Positions 40,201-51,007 of a stretch of DNA of 64,000 nucleotides are shown piece by piece (position 1 is the stretch's first letter; every line of letters starts with the position of its first letter). The notes under the pieces were generated by a model. That model searched no databases. It had not been told where the DNA came from and saw nothing but the letters and a program-made list of their open reading frames with translations. Source of the stretch: Octopus vulgaris (lineage: Eukaryota); the NCBI GenBank assembly GCA_951406725.2, contig OX597815.1:134974001-135038000 (forward strand), read 5' to 3'. The translations under genes and the position numbers were made by a program.

Positions 40201-43200
40201 AATTTAAATGACACTCATGCAAGCAAAATATGCATAATATGGTAATAGGTTAGATATTTAGATTAACTGAAATTTTGGAAATTGCATATTTATTGAAATC
40301 TTTATTTAGTAACTGTTTTTTCTAGCTATACCTGCTTTTTATTATAAAGAGACAAAACTTCTCAGCTACAGTAAAAGCAAGCAAACAAACTCAACAGTGT
40401 TTGAAAAGAGATCTTCCCTCATTATTACAGAAGAAATATGGACTATGCAAGTGAAGCAAAAGAAATTCATCCAAGAGAGTAGTAACCATTAACAAAATCT
40501 GATAGAGTATAGCAGAGCACTTGATAAATATTGTTGCTGTGTGTTCTCATAGGAGCTATAATTAAACCTCCTCTCCACTTCTTTATAGAGACAGGCATTA
40601 TTCCCATTGGCCTTAGATTGCAAGCACATTTAGAAGCTAAATAACTTATCTATATCATAATGAGACATAAATAAAAGTGGTCCATCTAGGAAGTTACATA
40701 TTGCAGACAAAGTCAATGGGTTAATGAACAGAGTTCAACATTAATTACATGGAAAAGACATGGATTCTATAATGGGATTCTATAATGGGAATGAAGGCAT
40801 TTTGTCTAACTCTGACTAGAAAATTCATACAGTGTTATACAGAAGACTACTAAAGTACAACATCAGACAACCTTTTTAGTGTTACTGGTAAAAATAATCG
40901 TTCAGATCATGCTGTAAAATGATTGGTGATGGAAAAGGCATCCAGCCATATAAACAGTGTCCTCCCCCAACCCCACCTCACAAAGAAGTGACATAAAAAG
41001 TATATTTGGTGGTTTTCTTAGTCTGTGCCGAATTATGAAAAACAATGACAATTGGCAATTGTGAAACTAATCCAACAGGAATATTTGATATACATTTATA
41101 AAGAGAGGATGATGTGTTAGTATATAGTGTGTGTGACTATTTAGTGGTTATTGAAATGTGTCAGTCTTGAGTAGAATTCGAAATGGCTAATTGAAGCAGC
41201 TGTTGTTTAAATCTCAGTTTTGTCACTCAAAATAATCCATGGTACCTGAACATTCAGACATTATTCACATAGGACAGTAAGAAGTAAGTCTTAGTTTGAT
41301 ATTTTGCAACCCTAAAGATTCTGCTCACACATTCACAGCTAACAAGACACAGGGCCAGACTTTAGATCATGTAGGTGTATTTTCACCCACTCCGATGTTT
41401 ACACACAGCCAGTTATATGTTGTCATGAATAGAGCAACGAACTCCAGTAATTTGAAAATTAGTGTTGACCTAACAGAAACTATCTTCTACAAAGAAGTTT
41501 TGTAATCATATTGATATTATCAAAAGGAATATTATTCATAATTTAAATAAAGAAATTTGTGAATTTTGTATAAGAGTATAAACAAGCGTAAAATAGTGTA
41601 AACAACTAAAATAAAAGTATATCTAAATAACATTTTTTTCTTAATTCTTTTTATGTAGTTGTCGAAGGAAGCTCAGACTTTTGTTAGGGGTGGTCCACAT
41701 AAGCATTCATGTTACAGAGGCTGGGAGCTTATTTCAGTTTGGGAATGAATCATCCTCATATGTCACTTAGTCGCAAACACACGTCATATAGCTGCAACAG
41801 AATGCTGTATCACCAACAATAATGTGATATCTCTAAGATATCACCCAGTAATCTATCAAGTCCATTTGCACATTTCTCAATACATACTGCTGTTATGACT
41901 TACCTCCGTCATCTTATGCCAGTATCATAGATGGGTAGATTTTCAAGTACTAACAAGAACTAACAGCAAATACAAAACTGCAGACAATAATAGTAATGAT
42001 GATATTTATGGTGATGATAATGATGATTATAATGATACAAAGAGATTTAAATCTCTCAATGAAATAACAGAAAGCAAACAATCAGGCAAATATAAGAAAA
42101 CATCTCGATAAACAAAATATAAATGAGAAAAAATTATAATTACTCTGAAAATGGATATACGATCTTCTTTGGGCAGCTTTTGAAAGTCTGGAATGTATTT
42201 CATGAAATTGATAAGTCTACATATGAACACATTACTAAGGACAAAAAATTCCTTAGTGTTTTTAGGTATTACAAAAGCCCCACTGGGGTAGTTTTCATTA
42301 AATGTGTTTTCATGTTCTTGGACGACCATGCGAATATATGTAATTGTTTGTGAAGTTGATTCCGACACTTCTAAGGTATTCCAAAACAGGTGATGGCTGA
42401 CTGGATATTTGTCTGCAGGATAGACCCAGGTTTTTAAGTTTGGGACGTCGAGCGCGGGCTCAGCGTCTTCATATGGTGGCTGCATATATTCAAATGAGCT
42501 GATACTGGATGCTGATGGAGATGGTGATGAGTTATTATTATTATTTAATGGGGTATTACTTTGTTGTGATGAACTAAGTCTTTGTCTCCGTTTTGCAAGC
42601 TGTTCTTCATCTGTAAGAAAGAAAAAAATAATAGAAATATTTACTTTGACAAGACAGAGGACCAGTTTAATTATAAAAAAAAAGGGTAGGGAAGTGAAAC
42701 ACAAACAAGTGAATTGACTCAAAATGGTCATGAAAATATTATGTCATCATGGAAGATTTAGTAGACGCTTGATGTATGGTGAGTTTAATAAGTGGTTAGA
42801 CTGCTATGCACACATTATCATATGATATCTTTAATCAGAAATAGATTCTACATATAATAAAAGGCAGCCTGAAATAAATGGGAGACTCTTCAATGAGGCC
42901 AAATATTAAAGTAGTTCCTCAAGACTCAGAGGTTGGGCTGAAGACAACACTACTATGGAACTGACAACAATGATAGAACTGTAGTACCTGTTTCCAATTT
43001 AGTGGATTCAGTCATTTTCCCCAAAGACAGAACATAGTATCAATAAAAAGATATGAACTGTTAATCTCTTAGATGGTTGTCAGATACTCCATTACTAGCA
43101 TATATATTTTATGAGCCACTGAGATTCCCCCTAAGGCAATTTACATTACCCCTGATACAATTTGAACCAGATATATATATAAATGAATAAAAACAACAAT

Positions 43201-46115
43201 TATGCTATGACTAAAGGTTGGTATATGTTTTTTTCTGGCAGTATAATGCTTATTCGTTTTTTTTATTTTTAAAATGAGTTTACTCATGATTTCAAAACAA
43301 TTCTAATGTAGAAATGCAAGAAAAGCTAACCAAATCTATGTTCTTTATTTGTTAACTTTATTTTACTGAAGATGCAACAGAGACATTGAATCCCAGTTAT
43401 CATAGCAATTTCTATATACTTTGAGGAGTACACTTTCCCTGGAAGCCTATATGAGGATATGTACTTAGCACTGGAAGTTAATGAAACAATTGGCAGAACT
43501 ATAGCTTTTCATTAGAACCATTTGTTCAATGGTAGTTAAAGAGGATACAAAAAGCCAAAAATATTCTTCAAATAGTCATTTTATCAACTTTAGAAACTCA
43601 TTTTGACATGTCTCAAGAAAGGATGTATATATTCAAGAGTCAATCGCTCTAGAAAAGGGAAAATAACAGGTAATGTTACTCACTTAATATCCAGTCCTTT
43701 TTCATACCAACAGCAAAACATTTCTTTAAACGACAACTTGAGCAGAATTTTCGAGTATGTGGGTCTAATCTACAGTTACCATCAAATGTACAGTTAAACA
43801 CCTGCAAAACAAAGTCAATCAACAATGGATTACAGTTATGGAGATAACAACTGGCAAAGAAAATACCAATTATAGTCCTATTGTTTTTTTACACTGAAGG
43901 GCATGTAGCTTTACTCTGTATGCTGGCTATGGTGAAAAAGACTTAGTGATGACTATTACTGAGAAGACTAAGAATAAAGTATTTCCTCTGGCCAAGCTCT
44001 TGTCAATTTTTTCAAGTACTGTATGATAAGAGAAATGCTATATCATTTATTTTTATATTTACTTGTTTCAGTCATTTGACTGCAGCCATGCTGGAGCACC
44101 ACCTGTAGTCACCCCCAGGACTTATTCTTTCTATTGGTCTCTTTGGCCGAACTGCTAAGTTACAGAGATGTAAATACACCAACATTGGTTGTCAAGCAAT
44201 GTTGGCGGGGACAAGCACAGACACACACAAATATATATATATATATATATATATAAAACGGGCTTCTTTCAGTTTCTGTCTACCAAATCCACTCACAAGG
44301 CTTTGGTCAGCCTGAGGCTATAGTAGAAGACACTTGCCCAAGGTGCCACACAGTGGAACTAAACCTGGCACTATGAGGTTGGGAAGCAAGCTTCTTACGA
44401 CACAGCCACGCTGCGCCTAGAAAATTTGTCGAAGTAAAAATGGCGAATTTTCCATGACTAAGGGACTGCTCTAGATATGCAAATGTAGGCCACAGCCTAC
44501 AACTGAGAAAGAGGACATTTGATCTTGGTATTCAGGATAAGCTGAAATCTGTTTTTTTTTTCTTTTTTGGATTTGCCCAATATGGATGTTTCCCTTTTGG
44601 CACAGATGTATTTGCCCACACATGTTATTTCATTGTTTTCTTTTTTTCTTTCCTTGCCTGTTTCCCACACTCTATGTAAAACATTACAGTTTTGCAGCTT
44701 TGTAATATCCCCCATCAACTGCCATTGGGCAATGAAGAATTACTGTTGCTGTTGTTGTTATTGGAAAGTTACTACAGATTAGATTTCTTGGATTTGCTTA
44801 GGCAGAATTGCAAGAATAACATCTATTACTTCCCTTCAGGCACACTTTTTAACTGTAGTTAGGTTTCTTAGGATAAAAGGAAACTTTTTTTACCTATGAA
44901 AATATACAGTAGTTGTGAACACTCGTCATAAGTAAATAAATAAGATGATAATAAGAATATAAATGCTGTAAGAGCCCCAGGGAGTGATTTAAGAACTGGT
45001 GCTTATCTCCAGTTTCATAATGCAAAATTGAATAATTCTGCTTCAAAACAGACAACAACCAACTAAATACGTAACATTACTAGATGATTTCATGCCTGGT
45101 AATAGGAGACTAAGAAATATAGAATTACATGTTCTTATCAAATGCACAACAAAATGCCTACAGAGGATTTGAACTTAAAACGTCATGTCCACTTGGCCAT
45201 TTCACTGTGCAGATGATAATGATTTCTGACTTTGGCAAAAATTCTGTAGTAATCTTTTATCTTTCATTTGTTTCAGTCATTAGACTGTGGCCATGCTGGA
45301 GTTGTACAATCAATAACATTTATCCCAGTACTTGGGTGTAATTATATGATCAACCTCAGGATGGAAGGCATAGCAGACCCTGGCAGAATTTGAAATGAGA
45401 ATATAAACTGATACAACCATATACTGAAAGGTACTTTTTCCAACACTCTAAAATTCCTGGCACACACATATACACATGCACAAATATATGTAAACCACAA
45501 CCATCACTTATAAGTGAGTATGACTAAGTAGTATCTACTATTTTTTCTACTAATTGTTTAATGTGGGTGCCTGTATTATCATAATTACTTGCTTTATAGT
45601 TTGTATACACTAAATATACACTGGATGAAGGCTCAATATTAAATGCAGAGTTGAAATAATATTTGTCGTTAATAATTTTTATTATCAATAGTGACTACTT
45701 CAAAGTTTCACTGATGCTAGCTTCTCAAAACAGAGATGCAAAAGGTACTATTAAGGTCTTCTGTAGTAAAGTATGATTTATTAAGCCTGAAAGAATCATC
45801 TAATTTCAGTTTAATAGTTAAGCCTTTAGCTTTCATATTCACATTGCTTAAAGAGCTGTGGCAGGAATTTTTGCAGTTGTTATCATTTACCTTTTGCTTG
45901 TGGACAGGCTGGGGCAGTGCTCTGAAGAATTTTTAGTTGAACAAATTGACCTCAGTAATTTTTTAAAGCATGGTACTTATTCTATTGATCTCTTTTGACA
46001 AACCACTAAGTTACAGGCACATAAACTGACACCAGTTACCAAGCAGTGGTGGGGGACACACATACTTGTGTGTGTGTATGTGTGTGTGTGCATGTGTGTG
46101 TGTGTGTGAGTGTGG

Positions 46116-46155
<40 letters not shown>

Positions 46156-47359
46156 TCATCATCGTTTAACGTCTGCTTTCCATGCTGGCATGGGTTGGAC
46201 GATTTGACTGAGTACTGGTGAACCAGATGGCTGCACCAGGCTCCAATCTGATCTGGCATTTTCTACAGCTGGATGCCCTTCCTAACACCAATCACGCTGA
46301 GAGTGTAGTGGGTGCTTTTACATGCCACCGGCACAAGAGCCAATCAAGCAGTACTGGCAATGGTCAAGCTCAAATGGTGTTTTTTTACGTGCCACCTGCA
46401 CAGGAGCCAGTCCAGCAGCACTGGCAACGACCTTGCTCGAATGTATTTTTATGTGCCACTGGCAGTAAGGTGACACTGGTAACAATCATGCTCAAATGGA
46501 GATTTTTATGTGCCACCGGCATGGAAGCCAGTCAGCAGCTTCGACAACGATCACACTCAGATAGTGCTCTTAGTGCTCCACTAGCACAGATGCCAGTCAT
46601 CGAATTTAATTTCGATTTCACTTGCCTCAACAGGTCTTCACAAGTAGAGTTTAGTGTCCAATGAAGGATAGATATGCATAAGTGGGCTGGTTACATCCCT
46701 GGCATAAGCCACAGGTTATGGTCTCACTTGGCTTGCCGGGTCTTCTCATGCACAGTATATATATATATATATATATGTCAATTCAAACGAACAATTAAAA
46801 AACAGGGAATAAAGAAAGAAAAAATGTGAGGACGTGCACAAGAAATATATTAATATATACATATGATGAGTTTTCAAGTTCAATCTGCCAAATCCAGTTA
46901 CAAGGTTTTGGTTGATCTGGGGCTATAAAAAAAAGCACTTGCCCAAGGTGCCATGTAGTGGGACGGAACTCAGAATCATGTAGTTGGGAAACAAACTTCT
47001 TACTACACAGCCATGCATGTGCTTAGAGATAGAATTTGTAAGGAGTGTGTTAAGTGTGTTTATCCATCTCATAAGGTTTTGATTTTGATAGTGGTTTACA
47101 AATTACTTGCTAGTATTTTTTAACTGTATTAATCTTATGGCTTTTAATCTTTTACTTGTTTCAGTCATTTGACTGTGGCCATGCAGCAGCACCACCTTTA
47201 GTCGAGTAAATCGATCCCAGGACTTATTCTTTGTAAGCCTAGTACTTATTCTATCAATCTCTTTTGTCGAACCGCTAAGTTACGGGGACGTAAACACACC
47301 AGCATTGGTTGTCAAGCGATGTTGGGGGGACAAACACAGACACACACACACAAACACAC

Positions 47360-47410
<51 letters not shown>

Positions 47411-48517
47411 ACTGGCTTCTTTCAGTTTCTGTCTACCAAATCCACTCACAAGTATTTGATCGGCCCAAGGCTATAGCAGAAGACACTTGCCCAAGGTGCC
47501 ATGCAGTGGGACTGAACCCAAAACCATGTGGTTGGTAAGCAAGCTACTTACCACACAGCCACCCCTGTGCCTTATGTGTAAGTTATTCTTGGAAATGGTT
47601 GGTGTAATTAATAAACTGAATGTTCTTTTTCATATGCAATAGGTTCATTTTTAAAATTTTATAGTATGATGTTCTGAGGTGGATATTTTAGAGTTTTTTT
47701 TATCTAAACTGGTAGAGATATGTTGTCCTGTACATTTTATTTATTCACTTCAGTCTTATATTGTAGCACCAAGTAATTTGTCATCTGATATCTCTCTGTA
47801 TATGGAATAAGAAAATCTATAAATTTGGGGTTGATAAACTGAGATATAGATTTTAAATCCTTTATACCTGGATAATGAGAAGGCCAGTTCTACTTAGACG
47901 ATAAAGAAAACATGATAATTGTTAAAGAGGAAGCATGTGTGTGTGAGAGAGGGAGAGAGTGGGAGGGAGAGAAAGAGAGAGTGAGAGAAAGGGAGAGAGA
48001 AAGAAGTATTATAAGTAAGAGAAGATGAAATGAGTATATATATATACATGTAGGATTTTCAGCTATAAATATCTTATTTATTCAAAGACACACACTGACA
48101 GACTCATACTATCACAGGCCCACACTAACATATTCACAGTATGCACACATATGTACACAAACCAGTGCATACATATAAACACATACAGAAACATTTAATG
48201 CACACAACTGAAATATAGTCGCAAAGGTTCATGCTGAAAAAAAAACAAAAACATAACAAAACACACAAATGAGAAACAAAAAGAACTGGATAGAAAGAAC
48301 ACAAAATAAGTAGAGTAAAATATAACACAGGTTTCCATGTTCTTCAACTAACCTTTTTCTTCAGAGCATTCCGCCTGAAAAAAGCTTTACAAGACTCACA
48401 AGTGACAGCATCAAAATTATAGCCAAGGGCAACATCATTGCAAACACGACAAATCAACTTGGTGCCATCTTTTGGTTTTGGTCTTCGTTTTTGCTCTTTT
48501 ATGTTTCCTTTTGTTTG
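31920..48517 (-). CDS. HR96: Nuclear hormone receptor, NR1J/HR96-like (spliced; join 48517-48353, 43801-43684, 42610-42144, 32429-31920; 5' end probably upstream)
   Basis: Manual splicing gives a continuous 419-aa frame with canonical AG/GT sites and matching phases (0,1,0). It contains two C4 zinc fingers, P-box CESCKAFFRRNA typical of NR1J, an LBD helix 3-5 signature (FMKYIPDFQKLPKEDRISIFRGS) and an AF-2-like end (DPLTAEVLDL). The symbol is family-level, not orthology-tested. Confidence 0.9.
32560..32805 (+). mobile_element. RTE-tail retroposon, 2 array units, CpG-rich
   Basis: gtgccggtggcacgtaaaaagcacc-type unit twice, same 3' tail and (gat)n; lies about 130 bp from the last NR acceptor. 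Confidence 0.75.
34244..34717 (+). mobile_element. 5'-truncated Dong/R4-type non-LTR retrotransposon (RLE C-terminus + 3' UTR)
   Basis: ORF 34277..34537 reads CFLIDMIVPID..KLSKYKDLEIEISKMWNLKTKTIPVVIGAL, homologous to the 7.7-kb copy. (AAT)n on both sides. Confidence 0.85.
34737..35600 (-). mobile_element. Cluster of three Nin/Deu-like SINE copies (~34737-34930, ~34945-35120, ~35395-35598)
   Basis: Each contains cacaaggcc..aattt..ggtac..gaaaggatgaaagg..atttgaactcagaa family motifs. Confidence 0.7.
35690..35900 (-). repeat. Dispersed ~220-bp repeat family (also ~13040-13320, 30340-30530, 33160-33335, 51640-51850, 53500-53610, 54070-54220, 59790-59995)
   Basis: Shared motifs ctagaaatagcagccaaatct..acattggataatgtagtc..gatggtcatggctggaat..tgacct..taaacaacaac, in both orientations. 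Confidence 0.6.
36555..36880 (+). mobile_element. Decayed Nin/Deu-like SINE copies
   Basis: ttctaagttcaaatgctgctgaggtcaattttacctttcatc and gctgacagaattgttagcacactggacaaaatgcttagc. Confidence 0.6.
41160..41505 (+). mobile_element. Helitron-type PIF1 helicase C-terminal fragment (decayed)
   Basis: ORF 41296..41505 TFTANKTQGQTLDHVGVFSPTPMFTHSQLYVVMNRAT..FYKEVL* matches the RepHel end motif FAMTINKSQGQT...FxHGQLYVAxSR...VYKEVL. Upstream IIHGT resembles LCNGT. Confidence 0.8.
42144..42610 (-). CDS. HR96: NR exon: hinge and N-terminal half of ligand-binding domain
   Basis: 467 nt inside ORF 42027..42731; acceptor ttcttacag, donor gtaatt, phase 1-0; runs from EEQLAKRRQRL to FMKYIPDFQKLPKEDRISIFR. 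Confidence 0.92.
43684..43801 (-). CDS. HR96: NR exon: second zinc finger (VFNCTFDGNCRLDPHTRKFCSSCRLKKCFAVGMKKDWIL)
   Basis: 118 nt, acceptor ttttgcag, donor gtgagt, phase 0-1; C-x5-C-x9-C-x2-C followed by the GMKK motif. Confidence 0.95.
44057..44420 (-). mobile_element. Second tRNA-derived SINE family copy
   Basis: Colinear with 47149-47572. Confidence 0.8.
46153..46750 (-). mobile_element. RTE-tail retroposon with internal tandem array (~5 units)
   Basis: Reverse complement of the 50582 family: (cat)n..ctggatgcccttcctaac..repeated ttttatgtgccacc units. Confidence 0.75.
46862..47023 (-). mobile_element. Second SINE family, head fragment
   Basis: ccaaatcc..cacttgcccaaggtgccatgtagtggga..cttactacacagcc. 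Confidence 0.65.
47149..47572 (-). mobile_element. Second tRNA-derived SINE family (CORE-like segment, internal TA/CA microsatellite)
   Basis: Minus-strand head gtggctgtgtggtaagtagcttgcttaccaaccacatgg..ggttcagtcccactgc with A/B boxes, then ggcaccttgggcaagtgtctt. Near-identical to 44057-44420. Confidence 0.8.
48353..48517 (-). CDS. HR96: NR exon: first zinc finger of DBD (QTKGNIKEQKRRPKPKDGTKLICRVCNDVALGYNFDAVTCESCKAFFRRNALKKK)
   Basis: 165 nt, acceptor tttacag, donor gttagt, phase 0-0; C-x2-C-x13-C-x2-C. Missed by the ORF track. Confidence 0.95.
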
Positions 48518-49004
48518 CTGTAAATAAACAAAATATATATTCAGTTTGGCTATGTTTTGATAAATGATAGAATTTTCATGTATATTTTTCTTTATATGTA
48601 AATATATGTTATTTATCTACATATCAATTATAATATATGTGCCACCAAATATATGTGTGTGTGTATATATATATATATATGTGTGTGTGTGTATATATAT
48701 CTATATATACATATGTGTGTGTGTGTGTGTGGTGGGGTGTGTATGTGTTTGTGACCATGGTGAAGAGATATCAAACAAAAATGATGACAATATATAACTT
48801 ATATAATATATTCATAATTCATTTTATTAACTAATCTTTAAGTTCCTTGAACCCTAGTATTTTATTTTCTCTTTGTGTGCGTGCATGTATGTTTGGTTAG
48901 TCAGAATTCAAACTGGCAATCCCACCAAGAAAGATGATTTGCGAACATCCTATAAGATGAAAAATATAACTTGTCAATATATATATATATGAAATATATT
49001 GTAA

Positions 49005-49241
49005 ATATCAATTTAAATATACAACCAAAAGAGCTACTAAGTCTCATGCGATTATGTTACTTGATCAGGTATATTTATAAAATATGTTAAAGCAATCTGT
49101 TTATACGTTAACTAAAACACATAAACAGAGCTTGAAACATTGCTTTAAGATACATGTTGCATTTTATAAATATGCCTGTTCAAGTATCATAATAGCATGA
49201 AACTATTGGTAGTTCTTTTGGTTGTGCATTTAAATTGATAT
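49005..49241. mobile_element. Fold-back / MITE-like palindromic element
   Basis: Left arm tatcaatttaaatatacaaccaaaagagctac..cttgatcaggtatatttataaaat matches the reverse complement of the right arm over about 100 bp. Set in TA runs. Confidence 0.75.
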
Positions 49242-49455
49242 ATATATATATATATATATATATGGGCATGCAAATGCATTTGCAGTATTTGTAGTTTCTG
49301 TCCATCTTGTTTGTTGTTAATTTAACTGTTTCAAACGTTCACACTGTGGAAAGATAAGTCATTATAAAAATTTGCTGTCTTGGTATTGTCTAGCCTTATT
49401 TTTAAATACATATTTTGCAAATGTGTGAAACAACACTCTTCTTGGAATTACTAAC

Positions 49456-49518
49456 AAATGGTGAACGATTTCTTGTGACAACTGGAGAAGTACATTCATA
49501 TGCAACCACCAATTCCAT
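49456..49518 (-). CDS. Candidate first coding exon of the NR (MELVVAYECTSPVVTRNRSPF)
   Basis: ATG in aaaATGG context, 21 open codons, phase-0 donor gttagt compatible with the phase-0 acceptor at 48517. No homology support. Confidence 0.3.
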
Positions 49519-50189
49519 TTTTTTTTTTGGTTGTCAGGGCACACAGAAAGATAGACAGAAGTTGAGATTCCCTAGTTGTCAGCATCACTGCATCCACCAT
49601 TAAATAGATGTTAGTGTCTAGGAGGTGGGGGTCTTAGGTTTGTCATACTACTACATTCATTTATTTTCCAAAATACAAAACTTTACAGCTAAATTCACAG
49701 AGCATAATAAATGAATATTTCATAAATATACACAAATTCAAATGTGAAACAAAGAATAAATTATGTTCTACCTTACATCATATTTAAAACTGCATACTAA
49801 CTTTGCAAAGATATCATCTTTAAATGAGGAATTTTAATGAGTACAGTGTTCCAGTATAAAATGTGTATATACAGAAGTCAAAGGCAGATAAGTGAGAACG
49901 TGGATGAGTTTGTGAGTTGTGTGTGTGTGTGTGCGTGTGTGAGAGAGTGAGAGAGAAAGTTAGAGTGAAGCAAAGAATAGGAGAGGGCATACAACTCTAT
50001 TAGAGTGATCAATCTTTCTTCCCCATCTCCCTGTGTTTCATCCCAGAGAATACCTCACGCCTAAGTTGGGTTTTTTTTTTCCTTTTTGCTCATGCATTAT
50101 TCTAGGATGATTTCAGATCTGTATAGAAGACTTTGGATTTTTTGAAAAATGATAGTGAAGTTTCCAAGGCAAACAACCAAACACTGAAG

Positions 50190-50277
50190 CTTATATAAAT
50201 ATATGTATGCATGCATGCATAGGTACAAACAATATTTATACATATCTATATATCTATGTGTACACACAAATATATAT

Positions 50278-50308
<31 letters not shown>

Positions 50309-50475
50309 AATATATATATATATACATGTGTTTATATACATATACATGTATATAAATATATGAATACATGTACATACATGTATACAAATATATATATATA
50401 TACATGTGTATATACATATACATGTTTATGAATACATGTACATGCATATATATAAATATATGAATACATATATGT
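50190..50475. repeat. Degenerate (TA)/(TACA) low-complexity tract
   Basis: Direct reading. Confidence 0.9.
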
Positions 50476-50581
50476 AACCATTGGTTGCCTTGGTTGTGAT
50501 AACTCACAAATAAAGAATATTTAACTACCAATGCAATATTTAGCACTCATTCTCATTGTTTGATATTAACATGTATATAAT

Positions 50582-51007
50582 CATTGTTGTGGCTGAGGCC
50601 ATTACTGCCTGACTGGCACCTGTGCCAGTGGAATGTAAAAAGCACCATATGAGTGTAGTCATTGCCAGTGCTGCATGACTGGCGCCTGTGCTGGTGGCAA
50701 GTAAAAAGCACCATTCAAGTGTGGTCATTGCCAGTGCTGCCTGACTGGCACCTGTGCCAGTAGCATGTAAGAAGTACCATTCAGATGTGGATGATACCAG
50801 CGCCACCTGACTGGTGCCCATGCTAGTGGTTCATACAAAGCACCCACTACACTCTCCAAGTGGTTGGCGTTAGGAAGGGCATCCAGCTGTAGAAACCTTG
50901 CTGAATCAGATTGGAGCCTGGTGCAGCCTCCTGGTTTGCCTATCCTCAGTCAAACTGTCCAACCCATGCCAACATGAAAAGCCGACATTAGATGATGAGG
51001 ATGATGA
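50582..51007 (+). mobile_element. RTE-tail retroposon with internal 66-bp tandem array
   Basis: 4 units at 66-bp period (agcacc/agtacc at 50641, 50707, 50773, 50839), then gtggttggcgttaggaagggcatccagc..ccaacccatgcc..(gat)n tail. Confidence 0.75.

Noticed and set aside
47500-47572. tRNA gene
   Set aside because: A/B-box-like sequences belong to SINE heads; no full cloverleaf.
50582-50845. CRISPR-like palindromic repeat array
   Set aside because: The units are wholly repeated with no unique spacers, there are no cas genes, the context is eukaryotic, and the array is part of a dispersed retroposon.
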